Part shown: piece by piece, positions 50,350-62,610 of the stretch
How the letters are laid out: every line of letters begins with the position of its first letter
Numbering within the stretch: the first letter of the stretch is position 1
Source of the DNA: Torpedo marmorata
Taxonomy: Eukaryota
Assembly: GCA_977017645.1 (NCBI GenBank)
Contig: OZ360221.1
Span: forward strand, 195,796,001-195,860,000
DNA: 64,000 nucleotides
Direction: 5' to 3'
Position numbers and translations under genes: made by a program
The notes under the pieces: model-generated
The model's input: only the letters and a program-made list of their open reading frames with translations
Databases searched by the model: none
What the model was told of the DNA's origin: nothing

Positions 50350-51177
50350 AGATTCAAGATTCAAGATTCAATTTATTGTCATAGTAATAAAACACTGAAA
50401 TATTATATGACAATATTACAAGGCAGACAGATTCGCCATCGGCAGAAATTGCCTAAGCGCCTCTAACATTCCTTACAGTCAGAGAAAGAGAAGCAAATGA
50501 GAGTCCCCCGAGAGTCACCGAGTGTCCGTAGATTCGCCTCCAGCGCTTCTGCAGCCTCTGCAGCCACACTGAGTCCAGTCCAAACGATCGGCAACCCGAA
50601 CTCCAGATCCGAACCTCCGACACGGTCAGGAACCCTTCGGCGCCCTCGGCACCCCCTCGCATCCCGGTTCCGATACCTGGTACTTCTCCAGCCAGTTTGA
50701 GCCGGTCTCCAGTAGTCCGCAGTCCGGCGCGAGTCTCCTGACGGCAGTCTCCAGCAGCCCACAGCCTCCGCGGGTTACTCGCCAGCAGCCCGCCGCATGC
50801 ACTCGTCCTTCAGCCTCAGAGCCCCTCACTGGTACGCCGCCGTGGTCACCGTCCCGTGGTTCGTCTCCTCTGCTTCTCCTTCTCAGGCGGGATGGGGAGG
50901 GGGTGATCTTTCCGTCCTCTGGTGCCCTGCTCCAGTCCTCCGCTTCCCCGGAGTCTGCAGCCCCTCGTGGCTGCTGCCGATTAATAGGCGCTGCCATCTT
51001 GGGCGCAGACCTGCGGCCGCGGGATCTCAAATAAAACCACCGTCGGCTCCCTCAACTGGCCGTTCAAAGCCCGTGCGTTGCCGACGGCAGTCAACTGGAC
51101 CCCGCGGGAGCGCTGCATCTCCGCTCCCTTGCTCCCCGCGGGTCCGCAGCAGCGGCAGCGCTTTAACCACCTTCCTG
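50350..51177 (-). mobile_element. GC-rich retroposon, copy 3 (most CpG-intact)
   Basis: Colinear with the other copies; (aagattc)n tail on the plus strand. Confidence 0.88.
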
Positions 51178-51296
51178 TAGAAGCTGCTTCACGCTACTTT
51201 TGGAGTGACCCAAATATCAACCCAGCAAATGATTTTTTCCTGAAGAACCACCGCTCTCCCATCTCTCCTTTGACCGCCCTCAACATCTCCTGTTCC

Positions 51297-51905
51297 TCCC
51301 CTGGACCTGGCCAGTGCAGCCCTGGACCCTGGACCCGGCAAGTGCAGACCTGGACCCTGGACCCGGCCGGTGCAGCCCTGGACCCTGGACCCGTCCGGTG
51401 CAGCCATGGACCCTGGACCCGGCCAGTGCAGTCCTGGACCCTGGACCCAGCCAGTGCAGCCCTGGACCCGGCCAGTGCAGCCCTGGACCCAGCAGTGCAG
51501 CCCTGGACACTGGACCCGGCTGGTGCAGCCTTGGACCCTGGACCCAGCCAGTGCAGCCCTGGACCCTGGACCCGTCCGGTGCAGCCCTGGACCCTGAACC
51601 CGGCCAGTGCAGTCCTGGACCCTGGACCCGGCTGGTGCAGCCCTGGACCCTGGACCCATCCGGTGCAGCCCTGGACCCTGGACCCGGCTGGTGCAGCCCT
51701 GGACCCTGGACCCATCCGGTGCAGTCCTGGACCCTGGACCCGGCTGGTGCAGCCCTGGACCCTGGACCCATCCGGTGCAGCCCTGGACCTGGCCAGTGCA
51801 GCCTTGGACCCTGGACCCAGCCAGAGCGGCCCTGGACCCTGGACCCGGCTGGTGCAGCACTGGACCCTGGACCCGTCTGGTGCAGCCCTGGACCCAGCCA
51901 GTGTA
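51297..51905. repeat. GC-rich minisatellite, ~28-bp unit ccctggaccctggacccggccagtgcag built from 7-mers
   Basis: About 22 variant units, directly visible. Confidence 0.97.
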
Positions 51906-51939
51906 CCCCTCACCCTCCGCATGCCCCCCTAGTTTTGAC

Positions 51940-52320
51940 CAGAACCGGTGGTCCCTGCTGTTCGGACACTGCGGACTGATGCTCGGACCCCCCACGTGTG
52001 CAGGACGGGGCAAGGAGCTTGGCGCATCCTGCCCACCTCCTTCCCTCCTGGGGCTGACCTGCTGAGGACAGGAGGGCGTCATGGTTCATCACGGGAGGGC
52101 TGAGGATCCCTCTCCGCGCCCGCACACAGCGGCGAAGTTCAGCCCCATGGCAATGCGCCGGCGACAACAGAGCCGGCCCCGCCCCGGCTTCCCCTTCCCC
52201 TCGCTGCCCGTGTCCACCTTCCCCGCCCGGGCTGCTGCTCCGCCCGGGGCTCTCCGTGGGTCAGGCTGCTCCCCGTTCTGACGGAGACCCCCTCGTCCTG
52301 CACCCTGACCCGCTGAGTGC
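51940..52320 (-). promoter_or_regulatory. CpG-rich island with GC boxes, candidate promoter
   Basis: High GC and CpG content in non-tandem sequence; ccccgcccc (~52177), ccccgccc (~52221), ctccgccc (~52238). Confidence 0.55.
52059..52089 (-). CDS. Candidate first coding exon (MNHDALLSSA-G) of the unidentified gene
   Basis: ATG at 52089 inside a CpG-rich island; donor CAG|gtcagc, phase 1, compatible with the 42748 acceptor. An upstream gccATGG opens a short ORF that stops just before this ATG. Confidence 0.4.
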
Positions 52321-52619
52321 TTACCCTAAAGCAGACAAAGGGGATACCCCTTGAATGAGACACGGACGGACGGGGGTTGCAGCTGTTCAACCCATCGCGT
52401 CCATGCTTGACAAGGAATTCCCTCGCCTTATCCCACCTCCTCCACTGGTTCTAGTGCCCTGCTGGTCACAGTTCTTGGCAAACACATCCAAGTAAACATT
52501 TCTCCTCTAATCCATCGACTAAACGTTTTCAATGTCTCCCTCTTTGCTGAAAGACAGAAATCCTAGTGATTACAGAGGTGCCGGAGCGGCTCTCCGGTGA
52601 GCTCCGGCAGCACTGCACC

Positions 52620-52784
52620 TGGCCAACCTTTTAATTTTTAATTTAGACATACAGCACGGTAACAGGCCATTTCGGCCCACGAGTCCGTGCCGTCCAATTA
52701 ACCTACACCCCCGGTACGTACTCGTGGGCCGAAATGGCCTGTTACTGTGCTGTCTGTCTAAATTAAAAATTAAAATGTTGGCCA
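52620..52784. repeat. 65-bp inverted repeat made from a SINE 3' end
   Basis: Arms 52620-52684 and 52720-52784, 3 mismatches, 35-nt loop. Confidence 0.93.
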
Positions 52785-52899
52785 CCCCTGCTCTAAAGGA
52801 TTTTATATGTTTTAATAAGATCATCTTTCAGTCATCTAAACTCCAAAGATTACAGATATAATTTTTTTTAGCTGCTTGTGAGAGAACACTGAGGTTGGG

Positions 52900-55790
52900 T
52901 GAGACAAAAAACTTTCCACTGGATCTAAAGGGCATGGGTTGATGGTGAAAGGTGAAATTTTTAAGGGGAACATTAGGAGGAACTTCTTTGCCTGAGGGTG
53001 GTGAGGTTGTGGAACATTTTTCCAGCAGAAATGGTGCATGCAGATTCGATTTCGTCATTTAAGAGAAGATTGGATAGGTCGATGGATGGGAGGGGTATGG
53101 AGGGATATGGTCCGGGTGCAGGTTGATGGGACTAGGCAGAATAAATAGTTTGGCATGGACTAGATGGGCCAAAGGACCTGTTTCGGCGCTGTAGTGTTCT
53201 AACATTCTAAAACTTTCATTCCAGGAATTAGCTTAGTCTTAGTGGCTCTCTTTTGGAGTGCCTCTAATACCAGTATATCTTTTCTTAAATAAGAAAAACA
53301 AAACTGCAGCGAGCTGTCCTCACTCCTGGCCTTTCTCCAGATGCACATTTAACCCAGTTCTGACCACACTCCAGTTGCACATTTGGCTCGATTCCCACCA
53401 CACTCCACCTGCAACCATCTAAAAAAGATGTGTTTCTCAAGGAGGGAGTAAGAAAGTCCTTCCTCTTCAAAAAATGCTTGAAGCATGGTTATGCAGAAGC
53501 TTATGCTATCTAATCCATTCTTGAATATTAATGACCTGACCTCCACTGTCTTCTGTGGAATAGAATTCCACAGGTTCGCCGCCTTCCCGTGAAGAAATTT
53601 CTCCAGATCTTGATTCTAAATGCCATACCCTATCTCCTGAGACAATCATCCCTGGTTCTGGACTCTCCAGTCATTGGGAACATCCTCCCTGCATCCAGTC
53701 TGTCTAGTCCTGTCAAAATTCCATAGGTTTCTATAAGACCTTCTCATTTTTCCATGTTCCAGTGATTATAGGTCTAACCTTTCTCTGTGTGTATCAGTCC
53801 TGCCAGCTCAGGGAATAGTAGACTGAACATCCCTTAGACAAAACTGCACCCTCAATTCAGATGTGCTCTCACTATGGCCTTATCCAGCTGCAGTAAGACT
53901 TCCTTGCTCTTGCAGTAAAAATTCTCTTGCAATGAAAGCCAACAAACAATTTGCCTTTCTAACTACTTGCTGCAGTTGAACACTTGATTTCAGTGACTGG
54001 TGATACAGGGAGAGCTAAATAGAAACTGTTTATCATATTTATCCATGTTAAACTGCATCTGTCATGCATTTGTCACTCACCCAACTTGTCTGAATCACAT
54101 TGAGCCTTCTTGCATCCTTACTTTCAAACTCAGAGATGTTAATTTAATTTCCTCACCCAAATCATTGAAATATATTGCGAACAGCAGACCTTAAAATTTG
54201 ATCTTTGTGGCATCCTATAGTCACTGCCTGCCATCTAGAATATGACCCGTTTATTACTACTCTTTGCTTCCACACAACCAATCCTCAGTCCATGCCACCA
54301 TATTAATCCTGATCCTCTGCCCTTCATTTTTCAACACTGACGTCTTGAGTGAGATCTTATCAAAAGCTTTCTGCAAATCTAAATACAGAAAAAGTCACGG
54401 TATCCGGCACCTATGGGGATTGGTAGATGCCGGATAAGTGAATTTGCTTGAGATTGCGTGTTGCGTGATTGGTAAACTGGCCACTAGGGGTGCCATTTTT
54501 AAACTTTTGTATATTTTTACCTATTTATGTTCCGCGACTTTTTTGCTGGTAGTTTGAGGCTGCCGGTTGCTTGAATTCCGGATAATGGAGATTTTACTGT
54601 ACACCACATCCACTGATTCTCCTTTAATTATTCTACTAGTTATGTACTCAGAAATCTCCAGTAGATATACTAAGTATTTTAAGATGTATCAAGGTATATG
54701 CCCTGAACTTGGAATATGAAATTCTGGCTCATTGATCCATTACTACATCATGTGTTTAGCATACAAAAGGACAGGCACTGACCATAAAATTTGTTTTATC
54801 CTTAATATTTTCCTGTTTGATAAGAGCTGATGATTGAAACATTAACTTTGTTTCTCCATTCCTAGATGATGTCTACCATGCTAAATATTATCAACCTCTA
54901 TTTCTTATTTTCAGCATCTGGGGTATTTTTCTTTTGTATTGTTGGTCAAAGTATATTTTTAAAAATGTCATAAGGGAGTAACAATATGAGATAGGAAAGA
55001 TGTAGTAATGGACTTCCTGAGTTTAGATATTTGGAGCTATAATCAAGTACCCAGTGCTATTGGATTCTTGATTCTGACATCAAAATGCCTAGACCGAGAT
55101 ATATGTGATGTCCATGTTTGGGTAGTGGTCTGCCTGTACAGTGGTGTCTAGGACCACCTTCGACATCACTGCATTAGAGGTGGCATGACAAATATGAGGT
55201 CACTGTGACAATCACAGCTAATCTCAGATTAGTAGCTTTGGAGGATAATGGAGAGAGGCTAAATTGGATCACGTCTGCAGGAGTCAGGGTGTTTAGATTG
55301 TGTGCATGCAGAGTCCGAATACCTATGTTTGTATGTGTGCCTAAAATAGCTTCATGCCTGGGAGGACACAGTGGGATAGAAGGGTTGGGTGATCAGGATT
55401 TGGAGAAGAGGTTTATATAGATTCATAGAGGTCTACAAGATTCTGAGAAGCATAGACAGGGTGGTCAGCCAACGCCTTTTTCCCAGGGCAGCAATAGCAA
55501 ACACCAGTGGACATATGTACAAAGTGAAGGGGGGAAAGTTTAGGGGAGACATCAGGGGTAAATTTTTACACAGAGTTGCAGGTGCCTGAAATGCCTTGCC
55601 AGGGATGGTGGTGGAGGCTGAAACATTAGGGGCATTTAAGAGACTCTTAGACAGGCACATGGATGGAAGAAAAATAGAGGTTTACGAGGTAGGAAGGGTT
55701 AAGTACTTTTTTTTGGAAGGAATATATGGGTCGGCACAACATCAAGGGCTGAAGGGTCTGTACTGTGCTGTAATGTTCTATGTTCTATTT
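52900..55790. mobile_element. Assorted old CR1 fragments (52900-53210 +, ~53500-54700 -, ~55400-55790 +)
   Basis: RT C-terminal remnants (IEVYKIL, GHMYKVKGGKFRGD) and CR1 tails. Confidence 0.7.
54386..54599. mobile_element. Tigger-like MITE
   Basis: TA|cagaaaaaagtcacggtatccgg ... ccggataatggagattttactg|TA, imperfect TIRs. Confidence 0.75.
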
Positions 55791-55894
55791 TCTAAGAGAT
55801 TGGGGATATAGGGGATCAGGGTTTTCAAACAGTGAAGCGGGCTGCATTAACCATGTTGGTAGAAAAGGCTGGAGATCTGTGGATTCAGGAAATT

Positions 55895-56735
55895 AAGATT
55901 CAAGATTTATTTATTGTCATGTAATAAAAATAGTGCAATATTACAAGCAATTTGCTTTAGTCTGCCGTAAGGCAGACAGATTCGCTATCAGCAGAAATTG
56001 CCTGAAGCGCCTTACAGTCAGAGAAAGAGAAGCAAAAGGGAGTCCCCTCAGAGTCACCGAGTGTCCGTGGATTAGCCTCTTGCAGTCCCCGCAGCCACAC
56101 AGAGTCCAATCCAAACATCAGCAGCCCGAGCTCCAGATCTGAATCTCTGACATGATCAGGAAACCTTCAGCACCCTTGGCACCCTCTTGCATCCCGATTC
56201 CAATGCCTGGTACCACTTCAGCCAGTCTCCAGCCAGTCTCCAGCAGTCCGCAGCCCGGTGTGAATCCTTTTACCGCAGTCGCCAGCAGCCCGCAGCCTGC
56301 GCGGGTTCCTCGCCTCGAGCCTGCTGCCTGTGTGTTCTTCAGCCGCAGAACCCCTCACTGGTCCCCCGTGGTCACCCTCCTGGGTCTTGTCTCCTTTGCT
56401 TCTCCTTCTCAAATGGGGGGGGGGGGCGTGGTGTTCTCCCCGTTTTCTGTTGCCCTGAGCCAGTCCTCCGTTTTCCCAGAGTCTGCAACCACTCGTGGCT
56501 GCTGCTGATCATAGACGCCACTATCTTGGGCGCAGACAGCACAGTTACAGAATCTTAAAATAAAACCACCGTTGTCTCCATTAACAGGCTGCTTAAAGCC
56601 TATGCAGAGCTGATAGCAGTTGGACTGAGTGGTTGGACCCCGCAGGAGCACTTTGTCTCTGCTCCATGCTCTCCGCGGATCCGCACCATCGACAGTGCTG
56701 TCCTTACCGCAGATCTGGCAGCGCCGCCATTTTTT
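55895..56735 (-). mobile_element. GC-rich retroposon, copy 4
   Basis: Colinear with the other copies; 5' end AAAATGGCGGCG. Confidence 0.88.
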
Positions 56736-59699
56736 TTAGGAGAGAAAGCAAGATGGGTGTAAACTGGGGGCTGAACTGGGTACTCAAGTTGCTTTAGGGC
56801 CAACAGTCATGTAGAGGAGAATATTTACAGACATTTAGGGCCAGATGTCTGCTTCAAGTGTAAAACAATTGATGTTTGTCTTTGCTTTGTGTGCTGGCTG
56901 GTCATTTCTGGTGTGAAACAAGGATGTTTCTAGCCTACCATTGGGGACATTTGGTGTCCACACTGCAACTGTTTAGTAAATCTGTTTGAAACAAAGTTGG
57001 CGTATCTGCCATTTGCAGCAAAATAATAAACTGTTATTGGTCTATTATTAACGTGACAAAAATGACAGCTAAATTATATATCTTTGAATGACTTTCTTCG
57101 TTTTGAATATTGTCAATTTCAAAATAGCTTTCAATTTTTTAAGAAAGCTAAAAGATGGGCATCTCAATAATTGGCATTATACATCTTAATTGAACCTTAG
57201 GCAAATACGGCTTTGTTTCTAAACTAATCCTATTGCCACGATTCTATTCCCCAGCATCCAACCTTTCACCTCTTAGTTTCCCCATTGCAATATTCTTTTG
57301 TTTGCAGTTAAGCGCAATGCATTATAGGATGATTCACTCGATTGCTGTTGAGAACAAACAAGCTGACAAATTCTATTAAAGGGGAGGCATATTTTCATTT
57401 AGAACTGCATAATTATTGATGGAAACACTGCAATTTGGAATTGTGCAATAACTTGAAAAGAGAGAAATGCAAAATTGTACAGAACTAAAAAATCCAAGGC
57501 ATGCTACATGAGGTGAATGGAATTGAAAAAGACTGCATGAAATGCCAATAATTATATTATGGATGAGCTAAATGATGCATCAATTATGTCTTTTAATGTT
57601 ATTAATTAAAAAATTTTGCACATGGATGAATTGATGTTTTGCACAATTTTGACACCTGAAATAGATGTCAGTGTGTTAGAACTCAGTGGATTTGGAATCA
57701 ATGCATAATTTCTGAAAAGGTTATCATTTACCTTGGCATTTACCAAGACGTTTTACTTCAATCCACTCCTGTCTCTGGCAGGATGCTTCTTTGACAAGGC
57801 AAGGACTATCATATGACTTTCCATTAGATGCACACACTGGATTGTAGTTGAATCTGCTGCAGTCTATATTACACACACACCTAATAAAATCAAAACATTC
57901 GCATTGTACAGAGTTGTCAAGTACTTAAGTAAATTACATAATCAGGAAACCTATAACATTATTGCCACATATGCCACTGCTGTGACCCATTGAAAGCAAA
58001 AAATGTTGTAGTTATCCAAAATTAAAAATACATACTGCAAAGCATTTAATTTTAAACATGATCAATTATTGCTGATGTTTAATGTGTGAAGGATTGAGTC
58101 AATAGAAACATCACACAGTCTTCAATGATTTATTTAAAATCATACTTGAGATTCTCCTATGAGCAACATAGCCTCCACAGGGACAATATGTATTGCCTAT
58201 GCATCGGATTTTCTTTCACAAGCTTGCCCCTTTGAAAGCCCTTTTAAAGTGGTTTTGGGTACAGGTTTATATGACTTGGCAGCCACTATTTTACAGACTC
58301 CCTTTAATTTTAAGCCTCAGTTGCACTACATAAAGACTCGTGTTTATTCAGCTTTGCCAATTTTACTGCCTTCTACACCATTGCATATTAGACACTAATG
58401 ATCCAATTGAATATAACTGATGCAGTTATCCTCCAGCTGCACAGAAGTCTTTTTGCATAATATACAAGTGTCTACAGTTTGCTTTCATTGAACTTTTCAC
58501 TATTCAAGTTAATTCTGGTAAACATCAGTATCAGAAACAGATGAATGATGCAAACAAATTCGCTCAGAGTTTAATATGTGATTTATTCTTTGCAGAATGC
58601 ACAATAAATTTTGTTTGTACAAAACAATAAATATTCTGTTTTTTTCTGGTAAAGGGGATAGCTAACTGATATTTCCAACTTGCATTAGTAAAAGGGCAAG
58701 TCTAAAATTCTACTTTTGTAATCAAATTCTTTATAAGAATAAATAAAGTGGAAAAACATTTTTATATTGGAGGATTATCTCAAGTTTGAAGTTTGAATTA
58801 AGTTTGAAGGAGCTCAGCTTGAACATTTATTAATGGTCCATCCTCATAACTAGCTCTATCCATTTGTTAATGTTTACATTTTTGGAGGCAATTCTCATTT
58901 TATGAAGGCCTTGAATTTCCACAGTTTTGTCGAAGATGGGAGTGAGTGGGGACCTGTGTGCCTTCTCAATTCATCCACTGGTCTGTCTGACTACAGCTTT
59001 CTCAACAACTGATGAGCCCACTCAGTCCTCTCGGATCTTTCTCCCAGTTGCCTCTTTTCATGCTCCAAGTTTGGTTTCTCGTTCCTTCGTAGCAGGAGTA
59101 ACACCATTCACATTATTGCATCATTGTTTTGTACATGTGAAATAACTAGCATTAATAGCACTGTGTTCCACATCTACTGAATGGTGAATCTCAATGTAGA
59201 CATTGATCGGACAACTCCCTCTGTAGATAGGAGGAGAAGTGGGAAATGATTATCCATCCTGACCTCTCTGGTTAAAATCAGGTCCACTCAGGTCTTTCCG
59301 AGGATGTTACTTATGTGTGGAAAAATGGCATTCTGTTTTGTACCACTGCCCTGACTTCACTGCATGGGTGTTGTTTACCTTTATGCATTTGTAAATTCCA
59401 TGTTCCTCCTTTCTATTTTTCATTGATTATCTCCCTTCATTTTCATTGTGTCACAAATTTTTTACTTTTTTCTCCAAATTTTTCAGAGAACTTTCATTGA
59501 TTTTGGTGGAAATTAAACCAGTTAAAAATGCGAGTCAGGTGTTAAAGACGACGGTTGTCTTTCATTTGGTAAACATTGGAAGAGTCCACAATGATGTTGT
59601 TCCATGTATTACTTAGTGCAATGGCTAGTGCACACATATTTCTGTAAACTGCTGGCTAATTTCTCCTGCTTGCTTGTTCACTTGGTGTACCTATTAATA

Positions 59700-62290
59700 G
59701 ATACATAGAGTCATACAGAGAAAGAGGCCCTTCAGCCCACCAGGTCAACGAGGAAGTACCTATCTATTTGGTCCATAGCCTATTGTGCCTTGACGATTCA
59801 AATGTTTGTCCACTTGCTTCTTAAATATTGTGGACGTACCTGACCCCATTACCTTCGCAGGCAGTGTGTTCCAGATTCCATTCACTCTCTGGGAAAAACA
59901 ATTCTTCTTCAGATTCGCTCTAAACCTTTTATGCTCATTTTAAACCTCTGCCTTCACATCTGAGTCACCTCCGACATGGGTAACGTTTGAATGCCTTTCT
60001 TAATTTTGTAAACCTCCGTCAGGTCCCTCCTCAAGGTCTGCTCTGAGGAAAAGACTCAGTTGTCCAGTGTGGTCTCATCAACATCTTGTACCATCCTAAC
60101 AGTACGTCCCTGATCCTGATGAAGGCAAACAAGCCAAATGCCTTCTTCACCATCCTGTCTACCTGTGTCACCACTTTCATGGAACTATGTACCTGTATCC
60201 CCGGATCTCTCTCTTCTTCAACACTCGCTGGGGCTCTACCAATCACTGTGTAAGTCCTGTCCTGGTTTTCTCTACCAAACTGCAACAGCTCACACTTATC
60301 CAAGTTAAGTTCCATCTGCCATCCCTTGGCCCACTTTTCCAGTTTATGTGGATCTTCTTGTAATCTTGGTTAACCTTCTTCACTGTCCACCACACCACCA
60401 ATTTTGGTGTTATCCACAAACTTACTAACCATGCTAAGTCCATTGTCATCTAAGTTGTTAGTTTTGATGACAACCAACAGCCGACCCAACACGAATTGCT
60501 GTAACACATCACTGATCATGGGCCTCAACCTGATTGACTAACCTCCACATCAAGCCAAATCTGTACCTTGTTCACCTTGGATTTCATGCGATCTGACCTT
60601 CCAGACCAGCCTACCATGCAGGACCTTGTCAAAGGACTTGCTACAGTCCATGTTAACAATGTCTACCACCTACCCTCATCAATCTTCTTTGTCACCTCTT
60701 CAATAAATTCTGATTTATGAAACACAATTTACCATGCACAAAGCCATGCTGACTATCTTTAATCAGTGCTTGCTTTTCCAAATGCATGCAGATTCCATCT
60801 TTCAGAATCCTCTCCAGTAACTTACCCACAACTGACGTTAGGCTCACTAGCCTGTAGTTCGCTAACTTGTCCTTGCAGCCCTTCTTAAGTAAAGCCACCC
60901 TCCAGTCTTGCGGTACCTCAGCTATGTTTAATGATGATGCAAATATCTCTGCCAGGTCTCCTGCAATTTCTTCCCAAGTTTCCCATAATGTCCCCGGATA
61001 CACTTGGTCAGGCCTTGGGAATTTATCTATCTTTCTGCATTTTAAGCCCTCCATCACTCCATCTCCTGTAATGTGGACTCTTTTCAAGGCATCACTATTT
61101 AATTCCCCGTTCCCTTGCCTCCATGTCTTTGTCCCTGGTAAATACAGATAAGAAATACTTGTTTAGGATCTGGCCCATCTCCTGTGACTCCACACATAGA
61201 TGACCTTGCTGATCTTGAAGGGGCCTATTATTTTCCAAGCTACTCTATTACCTTTAATATACTTGTAGAATCTTTTGGTATACTCCTTAACCTTATCTGC
61301 CAGAGCCTTCACATACCCAATCCTTTCCCTCTTAAATAAACCCCTACATCCTTTATCCTCCTCAAAGGATTCATTTGATGTCTAACTGACATATGTCTTT
61401 CTTTTTCTTGACCAGAACCGATATCTCTTGTCATCCACAATCCCTAATCATGCCAGGCTTGCCATTTACTCCGACATAAACATGATTTCCCCAAATGTTC
61501 CCTGTCTCTCTTTTAAAGCCTCCCACTTGCCAGATACCCTTTTAAATGCAAACAACCTCTCCCAATCCATCTTTGCACGTTCCTGCCAATGCCATCAAAA
61601 TCAGCCTTGCCTCAATTTATGACTTTAACCTGTGCACCAGTCCTATCTTTTTCATAACTGTTTAAAACTAATGAAGTTCTGGTCACTGGTCCCAAAGTGT
61701 TCTCCTATTGACACCTTAGTCACTTGCCATGCCACATTTCCCATGAGAAGGTTCAGTGTTACACCTTCTCTAGTCTGGCCACCTACATATTGTTTCAGAA
61801 AACGTTCTTGGACACATTTCGTAAATTTTGCCCATCCAAGTCCTATGTACTGAGAGAGTCCCAGACAATATGAGGAAGTTGAAATCACCTACTATTACAG
61901 CCCTATTATTCTAACAGCTGCCTGCTGACTCTCTGTACATTTGCTCCTCTGATGCCTCCAGCCAATAATACAACCCAATCAAAGTGATCATCCACTTCTT
62001 ATTTCTATGCTCCACCTGTATAGCCTCACTGGATGATCCTCCAAAACATCCTAAGTACTGGCGTGATATTCTCCCCAATCAAAAATACCCCTTCCCCTTT
62101 TTACTTCCACCTCTATTTGTCTGTAGCATTTGTACCCTGGAACACTGAGCTATCAATCCTGCCCTTCTCTTAGCCATGTTTCTGTTATGGCTACAATATC
62201 CCAATCCAATGTATCTACTCATGCATCGAGATCATCCCCCTTGCCAGTCAGGCATTTTGCATTAAAATAAATGCAGTTAAGTCTGTCAGA
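59700..62290 (-). mobile_element. Old CR1 LINE (APE + RT), highly degenerate
   Basis: NYRLVSLTSVVGKLLE, QHGF, SDQN, ELNLDKCELLQFG in the minus-strand ORFs. Confidence 0.9.
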
Positions 62291-62357
62291 CGTCCCACGC
62301 TCTTTGACTTGTCCCTGCCTGAACTGAACGGCAAACTTGCTCACTTTATTATGTATG

Positions 62358-62610
62358 TGGCAGCACAGTTAGCAGAGTGGTTAGCGCAACTCTATTTCAG
62401 CGCTGGCAACTCCAAATCCAGCGCTGTCTGTAAGGAGTTTGTATGTTCTGCCCATGACCTGCGTGGGTTTCCTCTGGGTGCTCCGGTTTCCTCCCACCTT
62501 TCAAAAAGTACGGGGGTTGTAGGTTAATTGGGGTATTTGAGCAGGACAGAGTCATGGCCAAAAGGGCCTGCATGTCTCAATTTTAAAAATATTTAAAAAT
62601 TAAATTTAAT
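62358..62610 (+). mobile_element. tRNA-derived SINE (HE1-like)
   Basis: Family core and (ttaaat)n tail. Confidence 0.85.

Noticed and set aside
51078-52082. Long repetitive ORFs (up to 297 aa)
   Set aside because: Produced in most frames on both strands by the minisatellite.
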